A stretch of DNA of 64,000 nucleotides from Yuukianura sp. NJ FZ-2021. Lineage: Eukaryota. Positions within the stretch are counted from its first letter, which is position 1; every line of letters begins with the position of its first letter. The notes under the pieces were generated by a model that worked only from the letters and a program-made list of their open reading frames with translations, did no database searches and was not told the DNA's origin. The stretch spans positions 930,001-994,000 of the forward strand of contig CM102288.1 in assembly GCA_046563655.1 (NCBI GenBank), read 5' to 3'. The translations under genes were made by a program, and so were the position numbers. Shown one piece after another: positions 1 to 12,673 of the stretch.

Positions 1-1106
1 GAAATGGACATGGATTATTCTAGAGAAAGCGGAAAGAGAAAACAAAACAAAGCCTAACACGATCACATCACATTACCTCCGTCTCTACACTATAACACTA
101 CGAACCTAACCAAAAACTATCATTTCAATTTTTAAAAAAATCAAAATGGTTAGGTTAATAGAAAAAGTGAACAAAACTACCAGAAACAGAAAAAGAAGAA
201 ATTTTTTTTAGCTGTTTCACCGCAAAAGAAAGTTGCAATCTTTCAAATTCAAAGGTGGAACTTGTAAAATTCCTAAAAAATGCTGAAAACCGATTTTTTA
301 TTTTTTATATTTTTTTTCGAAAAAATTTTTTTTAGCATTTACTTGTCATTCTCGCATAAAATATGTTTACAGTATCATAACGAGCTAAGTTTTACATAAT
401 TATTTGAAAAAAGAATAGAATATTTTTATACGACGCGGCGCTTGATATTCAGAAAAGTTAAGTCAAAAGTTGGAATGAATTTTTCTTTTTCATTTTAAGT
501 TTGAGGTATTGTTTTACGTAAAAATTAAATTAAAAATTCATATTAAATTTTACTAAAAGGTTAAAATTGAATATTCATTCGGTACGAAAAAAAATTGTTG
601 CACAAGAGAAGGCGGAGAAAAAAGGAATAGTAAGCTGAAAAGCAAACCTTTTTGTGTCGTAAGTGTAATGAGGTTTTCCCTGTGCTTTCTCCTGCCGCAA
701 ATAATTATGATTTATTGATGATAGCTTTCTCCACTTGAATCACATGTTAGAGCGGCTCTCGTTGCCTAAGAACAGAACTTACCAAACATAGTCTCCATGT
801 ACACGTACTTACAAGTACACGTACACATTCTTACACGTACACGTATGTCCCACAATGTGTCCATTTTTCCATCAACGATGAATCCAAATACATCAGGGAC
901 ACTACACGAATTGCGTTCCAACGGAATCCACTTGGGGAAAGATTTTTTTAAAAACTGTATAAGAAAGTTGGATGACAAAGACAAAATAAGGTGGAAAACA
1001 AATTAAACTTTACTTTAACCAAGTTAATTCACAAAGTCATAAAATTCTAAAAAGTTTTTCAAAAAAGAGAAAATTTCGAAATTCCTTAGCTCCCGGTTGT
1101 CAAATT

Positions 1107-3382
1107 TCACTCAAAAAGGACCGTTTCTGTTCTGAATTTGGAATTGGCTGAAGGTGGCGGTTGAAACGAGACTTTTGCCAAGGCTGCCACCAGAAGTGGC
1201 TCGAGTCCTTCAATGTCTCGCATGACCTTTGACTTTTCTTCGATCATGGCCAGAAATGTATCCACAATGTCCGTTTCATTGTGAAATACAAAATGGGGGT
1301 AATGAGCATCAAACGTAGTGCAGATCCACTTGATCAACTGAGAAACTCTGTCTGGATCTTCAAAGCCACTTTCCCATGAACTCTCCACTCGAGAGCACAA
1401 GTATTCCAAGAATTTCTTGACATTGTCGAAATCCATTGAGCGCAGACTCCGAATCAATTGTCGTTGGTCAAAGGGGCGCTCAAGGACTTGGTTAATCTGG
1501 CCGTTGCTGGGATACGTTGACCTCTGACCTGATTCGCCTTCAGTTACTTCTGTCTTTTCAATGGAACCAAGCAGAAACGTGAGGATTGCGACGAGAATTG
1601 GTTCAGGAATGTCCAAAAAGTACTCGAGAGACCAATTCAAAGCTGCGAAGTTCCGCTGTTCAATCATCGAAGGAATTACTTGTCCACAGATACTGAAAAA
1701 ACAACAAAAACGATCTATTCGTTTCGAAAACGTTTTCACTTAAAATGATTAAACTTATGTCGAAAATGGTCAAAATTTCTGCCGTACACTGATTGTGGCT
1801 GTCCATGATTTTCCAGAGTCTTGACCAAAGTAAAAAATTCTTCAAAATCTGTCACTCCCCCTGTCGTGTCGTTTGTTTTATCCGAATTCGTTTCAACTTC
1901 TTCATCGTCGTCTCCCCAACCACGCACCCAAGGATCCCTATGCTCAAAAAAGTCGAGACTCTGGAGCTGATGTCGGCCAAGGACTGACGACAGTAGCGAT
2001 TTGGTTATGCGCAGGCCGAGAACCAAAATATGGAGTCCCACGGGAACAAACATGGACAGTCCCACTTTCTCGGCTATCGGTGGGTCAGGGTATAACTTGA
2101 GTGACTGCTTTGAAAGGAGGAGGTCATAGGTCACATCGTATATTAGCATCACACCACCCTCTTCCGATACATCTCCACCGAATAGAACAATTGAAGAGGC
2201 ATCCACGCATCTTATGGCCACCGCACTCTGCTTGTTCAAGTATTTACTCAAATTCCCGATCCGACTTCCGGTTTCGGCCAAAACTGTTTGGTCTGACAGG
2301 ATTTGTGGTATCAAGCGACGTCGGTATAAGAAACCGTCCCCGCCTAACAGTGAGAACGAAACGATAACTTGACATTTTCAAAAAAAAATTTGAAAATTTT
2401 CAAAATTTATTTTTTTAAAACTTACACAAGTACACTACGGTACTGTCTTCGGCGTTAGTAATAACGCAAGACCCCAAAATTGTTGGACTGTCGAGGAAAA
2501 CTTCTACAGCATGGACAACCTTTGTCGTTGGAGGCGGCGGAGCGAGAGTGGAGGAGACTTGTAGGCTTTGCTCCATCTTCAACGTAACTACGCGTAAACT
2601 GCTTAGTTTTCCAACGCCACATTTCGAAGTAGGCTGAAAATGAGAACATGTTAAGTCAAATGGGAATAGAAGACATTAGTTTATGCATTTACCTTATGCT
2701 TCGGCAAGTTTCCACAAGTAAGGAAAATATGTCTTGACTTCTCATCAATGCCCACTGCTACAATTTGTTCATTTTCCGGGTCAACGCGAACATCAACTGG
2801 AACTGTCTGCTTTTCCTCTGTTTCGTGGCAACTCAATGGAACCACTCGTCCATTTTTAAAGATCACCAAAGTTCCCAGCGTTTTTGTTGGCCTCAGCTCA
2901 AATATAGGATCGGCATACTGGAAAAGAGAGGAAAATGCTGTTAACGATTTCAATTTACACAAAAGATTCTAAAACTTTCAATGTTTCCATCTTTCATGTC
3001 GTACTTTGTATTTCTTTAGTGTAGCCAAGTGCCCGTCGTGTTCAGGCCATAGTCCAACTGTACAATGGTCAATGACTGCTCCATACTTTTGAAAGTCTGG
3101 ACAGTAGACAACTTTAGACGTGAGCCAGTGACGACTTGAAGCCCAACTAACCTCTTGTTTTTGCTCCTTCACCTACCGCAAATAGAAATACAGAATTTCA
3201 ATAAATCCAAACCGACATAAATCAAGTACTTTAGTAATTAGAGTCCTTACATCGTAACGAATGGCAATATTTTTGCCAATGGTGAGTATGACTTTATCTT
3301 CTTCCTGATCCGCCGACATGCCAAGGAACTCTTTGCTGTCTGCTAATGGACAGAGGATGAACGGCGGTGCTAGAGTGGCCAT
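1107..3382 (-). CDS. NOL11: Nucleolar protein 11 (multi-exon)
   Basis: ORF pieces 3173-3382, 2978-3172, 2681-2962, 1736-2314 and 1107-1739 are joined by short GT-AG introns (e.g. exon 1 3382-3251, exon 2 from 3172). The N-terminus MATLAPPFILCPLADSKEFLG...VILTIGKNIAIRYDV..QKQEVSW...SKVVY..FQKYGAVID and C-terminus FRTETVLFE resemble NOL11. Confidence 0.8.
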
Positions 3383-3917
3383 CTTCTTTAGAAGTATTTA
3401 AAATTCCCTCAATCAGAGAAATTGCCCAATGTAGACAGCAAGGATTCTCCAAAATGACCTAAATAACATTCATAACAATTAAAAAACTGCACTAAAAAAT
3501 TCATACATTACATTTGGATTTTGAAAATTAACTTTCGAGTTTCTTTCGACTAAATTAAATTAAGTTTGACCACGATAGCAAGGATTAGGTTAGGCTTACA
3601 CGTCAATTTGTTGGAAGCAGAGATGAAAACGTCCCGCTCTGTCACTGAATTTATAAAATGATTAATTGGGGAACGGTACTCCGATCGTATTCCAATTACT
3701 TTTGCAAAAAATTAATCGATCAATCTCAAAGTCAAAGCGAAAAAAAGTGGTTTTAACTACGGGTTTGACAAAAATTTTCCGCCAAGAATTTGAACTTATA
3801 TTTTTGAATGAATCATGTGATATCCACGTACTACACTTAAAAATTTGATTACAGTCGAGTTTCCCTTTTATTCCATTTGCCAAATACAAAACAAATTGCA
3901 ATTGGACTACACTGGGG

Positions 3918-4350
3918 CACAGTGGGGCCGATTGCTTCAAACAACGACAAGCGTTTCGGGGGAAACAAATTGATTGTTAGAAAATACACAATTATGGAGA
4001 CAAAACAGTCGCTAAATTATCGACATAGCAACCGATAGTACAGCGCGATTTCAGTTTTTATGATTGACGAACTGGTTTTCCCCTCATAGACGCAATTTTT
4101 CACCAACTTCAAAAATCAGTTAAAAATACTAAATTAGCAAAGTGGCAAGAAGTGGCACTCGGACTTGGTACGTGATGCTGTCTAGTTTTTATTACGATAT
4201 TCAGGTTATCTGTAGGTAATGGACATTTTTGGACGATTTGATTTTTGTAAATCCTGATTTTGGCATTCATTTTTAATGTAATTTCTAAAAATCAACTTAA
4301 CGTTTCCATTGACAACCGTGGCGCCTGTTTGAAGCAACGGCCCCACTGTG
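3918..4350. mobile_element. Non-autonomous Transib-like DNA element (MITE), 433 bp
   Basis: TIRs CACAGTGGGGCCGATTGCTTCAAACA (from 3918) and TGTTTGAAGCAACGGCCCCACTGTG (ends 4350). Perfect 5-bp TSD TGGGG at 3913-3917 and 4351-4355. CAC termini plus a 5-bp TSD are the Transib signature. No coding capacity. Confidence 0.8.
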
Positions 4351-4672
4351 TGGGGTTAGAAAATTACATGAGTCTGAAGTCAAATTGTCATTGGCAATTC
4401 CCCAATTTGCCATTTGGCGTTTCATTTTGCCAGTTCACCGCCAATGTACGGGTGCGAGTTTTGTACTTCTCAATTGTATTTTGTTTTGTATTTGGCAAAT
4501 GGAATAAAAGGGAAACTCGACTGTATTTACCTTCGGTGATCAGCTGTTTCTCGCGCTATTTTCACAGTTACATATTTTATTTATTTTTTTTTTGTTAGAA
4601 CTATCGGTTAATTAGCATTTAACAATCAATTAAATTAACTTTTGCAGTTGTCAATTGCGAAACAACATAGAC

Positions 4673-6648
4673 ATGAAGTGGGTCAAAGCTGCCCGGAAAG
4701 AACTCAATTGCCTTATGCATGAACATAATGCAAAAGGAGTCAAGTCAATCGCTCTATTACATATTGTGCAAAAATACTACATGTAAGGGCTTTAAAACTT
4801 TGTAATTTGTACATTTAGATATGCCGTTTATAAATTTTAGTTGATAGTCATTTTTGATTTTTGTTTCCAGGAAGCTGTCACTGGAAGTTGTTAAAATCGA
4901 TCCGAGTATTGCCGACGACGTCTTTCGTCAATGGGATCCAAAGATTCGACAGTTATTTCTTAGTCTTCATTTGTATCTTTCGTCGTGTCAATTGAAAGCA
5001 AACAAGAAACGGATCCGACAATCTCTGGGTCTCCTCTGCTCGGCTTATATCAATTTTACTCTAAAACTTTTCGGCAGTTGCAATTCTTCTACGACGTAAG
5101 TTGTAACCAGATTGCAGTAGCATCGTTTTGGTCCGCTTTGTCTAATAACCTTTGCTCTTGGAAATTTTAGGCAAGAGGAGTATTGCCATGTTGCGAATAC
5201 GATGTACACATTCTTGAACCGGATGAGCCACACTGCAGAAAGTGACACAAATGGAAGAAAGCAACCTCTGTACTTTCTTAACATCTTATTGGCATCACAA
5301 GAATTGGTCCAGAGTTGGAAGGACTTTGAAACGGGCTACTTCTTTTTGAAGCTGATTCTTGGACATCGACAACTTTATACTCAAGATCCAGAAACACACT
5401 TGAAGTTCTTGGCACTCATGACTATATTTGATAACTTCAGTTCTAAAGATCGTCTTGTCAGGAAGTGTCTAAACGATCGGAGTCATCGTGTTCCTGCTGA
5501 TTTCTTTCACGGCATGTCAGAGTTCTTGTTTTCATTTGAGTTTGACGTTAGTCAGGGAATCTCTTCGCCGCAAATCATCCGTCACTTGAAAACCGGGAAC
5601 TTAATTAGTGTACGTAAACATACTCAAATTCTAATAATTTCATTTATGAGTTTTCAATATTTTTCCATACGTTTTACAGTCCGCAAAAAGTTCTCTCAAG
5701 TCCAAACCAATCCCAGAGGCAAAGCTGCTCCCAATCAAGCGATACCTCAAAAGGATCCGGAAAAAACGTAACTCCAACGTTTCATTTCGGAATTTATTCC
5801 TCAAGGATGTTTTAAAAATTACTTTTGACTTTTTTAGGAGAATTGTCTTCTTCGAGTCATATGAGCTCTGGTGTCACCGTGTCTAACTCGACTACGTCTT
5901 TTGCTTCGGAACAGCCAGAACCTGATTCCATCACCGACGTAGGAAGTTGTAGCGACGTTCAAGAGTTTTCATGTTGGTCATCATCACGCGCTGAAACCAT
6001 TGACGAAATAATGACGAACGGTGCTAGTTTCGAGGCCTCAGTGGACGATGAGTCAGAAAACCTGGAAAATGGGTATCTCAGTTACAATGACGACTGGTCG
6101 TCGGACTTTGGTTCTCCCGAGCAAGAGTATCAGGATGATCCAGATAACGACAGTCGTAGCGAGGACTTTGAAGAACAGGAAGAGACGATGTCGTTGCCAC
6201 GTAGAAGAAGGCGACACGGATCCAACGATACTGTGGAGCTGCCACCAGTCAGAGAATCACCAATGCTGGTGCCTGACAACCATGTATCTTCATCATCTCA
6301 ATGTTCAGCACCATCAGAAAAGTTAAATCGTAGAGAATCGCTCAAGGACGAAGCAACTCAGACGCCAAGTTTCCAAGACAGAGAAACCCACACAGAAAAT
6401 TATGTCTCTAATGGTTCGCCCACAAGTAAGTGTTCTACATTTCGAAACTCTAACAAAATATAACTCTTTATAAAAAATTCTTATTCTTAGAAGTGATGAT
6501 TGCTGCAGAAGATGAAGAGTGTTGGTCAGATGATTATGCTGCTTCCGATGCCAGTACGATTCCTTACCTTTGGTCCGGAGATGAGTTGATGGACTCTGGC
6601 AGTGACAATGACGATCAAGATCAAGAAAACTTCATGGATCAAGCGTAA
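4673..6648 (+). CDS. Uncharacterised protein; helical N-terminal half, acidic Ser-rich disordered C-terminal half
   Basis: ATG at 4673. Exons include ORFs 4854-5099, 5202-5771 and 5825-6463, joined by phase-compatible GT-AG introns. Last exon ends TAA at 6646-6648. No family recognised. Confidence 0.6.
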
Positions 6649-7069
6649 TTTGGAAAAAGTCTAAGCTGAGTACCTTCCGCCACTGGCGGCTAAAAGATCT
6701 AAAAGTAACACCTCCTGAATCTAACGTTTTTACAAGTATTTTTTCACTCTCAGAGAAATAATCAGAGTACTAAAAGGAAGTCATGAGGTTGGGGTTAGTT
6801 TGTCAATACATTGTAACATTTTCAATATTTTTTGTTGGTCCATGTCTGGTGACTACTTTAAGTTTCATTGAGCAGGGTGACAGTCTGCGTATGGTACATT
6901 GACAATCAACGTCAACAGTAGTCCTTAAATAATACACTTTTGATGTTACACCTTGGTTGCCCTAGTTTGTTGAAATGTTATTCTTGTTCTGTTTTTTTCG
7001 TGCTGATCGTAAACTACTTGGTTCAATTTGAATTTTAAAGTGGGTTTTAGCTTGAGACTTTCAAGCAAG

Positions 7070-8701
7070 ATGGGAACTCCGGCGGCGAATACTGCGGAAT
7101 TCCATCGAAAAAGTAGTACAGTCGAAGATGAGTTTCAGAAAATCAAGCCTGCTGAACTTGGAAAAGTTGAGCGCTTGCGTCCTAGGAAATACTCAGTACT
7201 CGCCAGTGACATTGACATTCAGTCGCAGCGGCCTGGTTCCAGCAGCGGTGAAGTTGGTCAGCACAAATCTATTCCACCGAAACGTATCAGTGTCTCCGTC
7301 GTTTCAGCAACTTCGACATATGTAAGTTACATGAAAACGATAATTAAATAACTTAAATGAAAATTAAACATAAGTTTAACTTAATTGTCTCGTTGCAGGC
7401 AACCCGAATCGATTACGTCGGTAAAGGATTTTGGTGTACTTCTAAAGGCTATCGTAAAATTGCCTGGATTCTTTGTGTGGTTCAAGCAGTAAGACCGTAA
7501 ATACTAAAATACTAAAAAGTGCTTGATTTTCAAATTTTAACTTTTGTCTCAATTTGTTTGAATTTTAGGTATCGATGATGCTGTGGGTAACAAGTATTTT
7601 GTTAGTCAAGTACTACTGGCCAGCTCGTCACCTCACTGGACGATTTCTACCTGGATATTTAACAACTGGACGAGCACGGATGATTATCTTTGCTTGTCTT
7701 GGATCAGAACCCATCATCAGTTTCATTCTCCTTGGAATTTGTTTAGTTTTGGCCAAAAAGCAAATTCGATGGATACGATTTGTAAGTAATAAGTTCCAAC
7801 TTCCAACATTTTAATTATGAACAACCGATGATTGTTCTAAAATGCAAATCTTCATGTCAATTTCAGTTTTACGTTGTAAATTCCTGGTTGTGCATAGTCC
7901 TTATAGTGACTGGAATTTTCGTTATGTCATTTTCGGTCAATTCCAACAACCACGTTAACGTCAGAGCAAAACTTTATGAAATCTTGACGAAATACGACGA
8001 CAATGCCACACTCGAACAAGTTCTAGAAGTTGCTGACACAAAAGTAGACTACACTGCCAAATCAGACTGGGATGAACTTCAATATTTCGTAATTATCCAC
8101 ACTCCATGAATGATCATGAATTTTAAACTTAATTTTATATCTGTATTTTATATTTACTTAAGTACAAGTGCTGTGGAATTGAGTCCGAGGAGAACTGGTA
8201 TGCTGTTCGCAACTTTTTCGAAGAGGATGAGATCGAGAATGATCCGTCATACTGGAGGGTTCCTGCCAGTTGCTGCCGGTCAACCAACAGAGTTGGGTGC
8301 AACGTTTTGCAATAATCGTTTCTAAAACGTTTCACGTTTCTACGTTTTGGTTTCAGCTGGAGATTCAAAAGTGTACCCGATGTCCAGCCAAGAATCTCCT
8401 GCTTCTTTGGCAACCTCGACGTGGTTGTCTGGAACCGTTCAAGCAGCTACTTGCAAGTCTCAGTGCATTAGCCGGAGTACAAGTATTTTCAAATTGGATC
8501 ATCCAGGGCATGAGCATTGTGATCATGACGAGCTACTATGCTTCAATGCGAGCAGGGGATGGAACTGGCTACAAACGATCAGCCAGAACCTACTTCTGCG
8601 AACTCGTTTGTATGTGTTGTGACCGGAAGCGCAAAGTACGACGCCCTAAATCCGACTGGGCTCTTCCTGTCAATGAAGTCGTGCAGAGAGTTTATGAGTA
8701 A
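7070..8701 (+). CDS. Tetraspanin-family protein with long N-terminal cytoplasmic tail
   Basis: Spliced model has four hydrophobic segments. The large extracellular loop has CCG (YKCCGIESEENW, ~8163-8200) and PxSCC (VPASCC) motifs plus a late Cys (RGCLEP). Confidence 0.75.
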
Positions 8702-9295
8702 ATCATAAAAATCAGCGGTAATCTCCCCCTAAATGGTATGTTAGTAATCGTTGTTTCAATAAATTAAGCTACAAACTTTAAAAGAAACGATTTTGTTCCA
8801 CTTTCAGAAGAGGAATGCGTTCGTTCAAACAAGGGTAAAATTCTAACGTTTTACCGTAATTTCGAATTTTCCCGCCATTCGTGTTATAATTCCCTACCGA
8901 AACTGAAATTGAGCGCCAAATTCATATTCATTCATACTTGTAAATCAATTCGAATTTTTGTGAGAGTCGAAAACTCCAAAGACAAAAGAAAAGCAAAGCC
9001 GCATTTTTGTTCAGAAACGTTTTTGGAATTAATTAGAGCACTTCTAATTAATTAATTAAATTGCTTTTCTTAAAACATTCAATTCATTGTGGAATTACTA
9101 TTTTCGTTCCGTTACGAATTCGCGTGGATTCTATCAGCTGATGCCAACAATTCTACACTTTCTTCTAGTTCCAGTCACTTGTTTCGTTTCTGTTCAACTG
9201 CCTTAACGCAATTAATAATTGGTGAGTAGGGTGCCATAACTTAGTAATTGATATTGTAATTGTTCATTTCTTTATTAAATTTACGTTTGTTAGAA

Positions 9296-10913
9296 ATGGA
9301 GGACTTAACGAGAGAGCTGAGGCGAGAGGTTAAGAACATGGATATCAGTGGAATCGAAATCTTAGAGAAATCGGATACTAAAAATGTAGGAAAAGTTCAA
9401 TCCGAACCAATGCAATCCGTCGAAGAATCGGTTGGGACTAAAACGGAAGCACCAATGGGTGAATGCTCTTACGCTGCTGCGGAGACTGTCGATACAAGAA
9501 ACACAACTGTCATATTCATGTTGGGAATGGCAGGATCTGGAAAGACAACATTCACACAACGTTTAGCGGCTCATTTTCTTGCCCAAGGCAAAGTACCTTA
9601 CATTTTAAACTTTGACCCCGCCTGTGAAGATCCACCGTTTCCAGTCAACATTGGTTCGTTCTGTTTAACTTTATAGTTTGTTTACCGAGCTGGAAAGTGG
9701 AATTGTTTTGTTACAGACATCCGTGACACGGTCAACTACAAAAAAGTTATGCAGCAATACAACTTGGGACCGAACGGCGGAATTGTTACGTCTCTCAATC
9801 TCTTCACTACTATTTTTGAGCAAGTACTGAACATTGTGAAACAAAGAGCCAAGACACACGAGTATATCCTTGTGGACACGCCTGGACAACTGGAATGTTT
9901 CCTATGGAGTGCCTCTGGACAAATTATTCTTCATAGCTTTGCAGCCTACTTCCCAACGATAATTACATACGTCACAGATCTAACAATTTGCAAAAACCCG
10001 ATCTCTTTTGCCTCCAACATGATGTACGGTGTAACAATTCTGTATAAGAGCAAACTTCCCATGATCATTGCTCTCAACAAGGTTAGACGTTCAAAATTAC
10101 TTTAAATTTTTAGCAAAGTTTTACATTTTTCTAAAGTTTACTAAACTTTAGGTTGATATTGAGCCACCTCTTGGGAAACTTGTATCCTCTTGGATCGTCG
10201 ATTTTGAGCTACTACAAGAAGCCCTTAGAAAAGAGGAAGGCTACTCATGCAACTTAGCTTCTTCAATCAACTTGGCTCTTGATGAATTTTACAATGTCGT
10301 TGACCACGTCGTCGTCTCAGCCTATGACGGTTACGGACTTAAGGACTACGAAAAATTAGTGCACAAAGGAGTCGAAGAATACAATAAGTAAATCTCTACA
10401 CCACTTGCTTATCATTTACTCTACAGTTTAATGAAAATTTTGAGGAATTTGAAATCGTTTCAGGGACTACGTCAAAATGTACAGGGAAATGAGGGAGGAT
10501 TACGAAAACAACGTTGCCCAACGAAGGGAAACGAACTTGACTCGTTTTCGAAAAGACTTTCATACCGGAGCCAGAAACGAAGTTTTTTCAATGCAAGCCA
10601 CTTCAACGCTCTCCGAAGGGATTGATCTTCTTCCTCATGATTCCGATGCAGATGAAACCAGTGACGAATCTCAGGAAGAGGATAACATGGGTAAACTTAA
10701 AAAATTGAAAATAGAAATCTTATTGTAAGATTTCTTTTTCGATTTTTTTCAGTGAAAATACAAATTAGAATCCGATTTTTAATAATTTCAGAACGGGAAG
10801 AGGAGGACAAAGAAACAATGAAGGACTTTGTATCAAGCGAATCGGCCAAGCGAGACCACAAGAGACAGGCGCCGATTATTTTGGGCAATCGCGGACCGAA
10901 TCCACAGATATAA
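9296..10913 (+). CDS. GPN1: GPN-loop GTPase 1
   Basis: [10 protein letters not shown]-loop, [21 protein letters not shown] (GPN loop), DTPGQLE, LNK and an acidic C-terminal tail. Last exon ends TAA at 10911-10913. Confidence 0.92.
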
Positions 10914-10999
10914 CTAATTCAGTTTCCACTTTTGTTAATTAATCTGATGCAGATTTATCTGCGTATTTGTATAAATAAATAAAAAGCGTTGGTGATACG

Positions 11000-11672
11000 T
11001 TATGATTCCGGTTGAGGTGTCTGGACAGGCGTGGAGCCACCGGCGGAAGACGGAGGATTTGTTGCGTTTTGGCCAGGACCTGGAGGTTGCGAGGGAGGAC
11101 GTTGTTGTTGTGCTGCTGTCATGGCGGGCGGTGGTCGTTGTTGCATTGCTGTCATTGCTTGCATTTGTGTTTTCATCCTGTCCAATTCCATTACTCGGGC
11201 ATTGGCATGTGACGACCGATGCAATGCCATCTGAACTACTTTCTGTGTAGCAAAACTGGACCCTTCATGAGAATGACCTAATAACAAAGAGTTTATCATG
11301 AATTTTAAGACAAACACAAAGCAATTAGCAACTTGTTTAGAAATGATTGAACTTACCGGTGGATACTTGCGTAAGGTAATTGATGTTCTTCCCGATTTCC
11401 AGTTCCACTCGATTGAGTATCTTCATAAATTGGGTAGTGTTGTGATCTGCTGCTTTGGCCGATGGTTTACTGTCTTTACTCAACTCTTGCAGAGCTTGAC
11501 CTATAAAAAAATAAAATCGATACATTTCAGCCAATGCATGAGGTCGTTGTCTCCTCAGATTCTTTGAGGCTTCAACAACATTCTGCTTACCGGCACATTG
11601 GATACACTGCAAAATGTCATTTTCAACAACGTCCAAAGATCGAAGTCTTTCAACAGGATCTATTGGATTCAT
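11000..11672 (-). CDS. MED11: Mediator subunit 11
   Basis: Three exons giving ERLRSLDVVENDILQCIQCAGQALQELSKD...INYLTQVSTGHSHEGSSF, followed by a Q/P-rich tail. Confidence 0.9.
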
Positions 11673-11997
11673 ATTCCTCCGTTACTCCGAATCACTAATC
11701 AAATCACACTCTAATCTGCGTAAAACAATTATTAATTAAGATGTTAAACTGATTAGATTTTAAGTTTTAAAAACAAACAGAAGACAGCTGACAGCGGCGG
11801 CGACAGGACACCAACAAAAGGAAGCTGAAACAACAGCAGCTGATTTTGGTATGTAAACCACATGGTTCTGATAACACAAAAGTGAATTCTGGACACGAGA
11901 ATAGATAAGGTAAACCGGTAAACGCGTAAACATTGTTTTGATTAATGATTAACAGTTTCTGATTAATTTTCAGTTATACATACCACACAATCGTACA

Positions 11998-12673
11998 ATG
12001 GATCCATTTTTTGGAAAAGAAGGAAAGGTCACACGAGCCTTATATCGGAATGTATCCAATACAGGAGAAATACGGAGCGAAATTTTTACGGCACGTCTGC
12101 CAATATGTCTCCTCAAACCAAAGTTTGTAAGAATTAAATACACATTTACCTTATTATTCTTTACATTGTACTTAATTTAAGGCATGGATCTTCCAATTTC
12201 ATTTGTATTCAGATAGTAGACGAATTACAGCTGTCTGTCGCCATCAGTAAAGCTCTCCACAATCAAAGGCAGCACACCATGACCACCAAGAGTTTTGCTA
12301 CCGAAGTCATCTACTGCCTCAGTCCATCCAAAAACGTAACGAAAACGATTAACACCCAAACTGAAGCAAATAATAATCAATTCCGGTTCCTGTATTTAAA
12401 TCCGCTTCATTTCCTTTTTAGATTACCGAATCCATCAGAACATTTGGAACGACGGAAGGTGACACTGACGTTCTAATTGTCGGTGACGGCGACGCTTTTG
12501 CCAAAAGTGGTATCCAAGTTAACGGAGATGAAGTACCGTTGACCTCCTTGAAGGAATTTACCGACACTGATACAGTGACTGACCTCTATCAAATCACTCC
12601 AGAAGAACTGTTCATTTCCAGTCTCCTGGATTCCGTCATAACAAAAATGGCCACCAAAGACTACCAACTCTAA
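11998..12673 (+). CDS. TPRKB: EKC/KEOPS complex subunit CGI-121/TPRKB
   Basis: LYRNVSN...LLKPKFIVDELQLSVAISKAL...MTTKSFATEVIYCLSPSKNITESIRTFG; C-terminus ..LDSVITKMATKDYQL*. Confidence 0.88.

Noticed and set aside
766..1006. Overlapping short ORFs with a (TACACG)-like repeat
   Set aside because: Low-complexity non-coding sequence downstream of NOL11; no splice or homology support.
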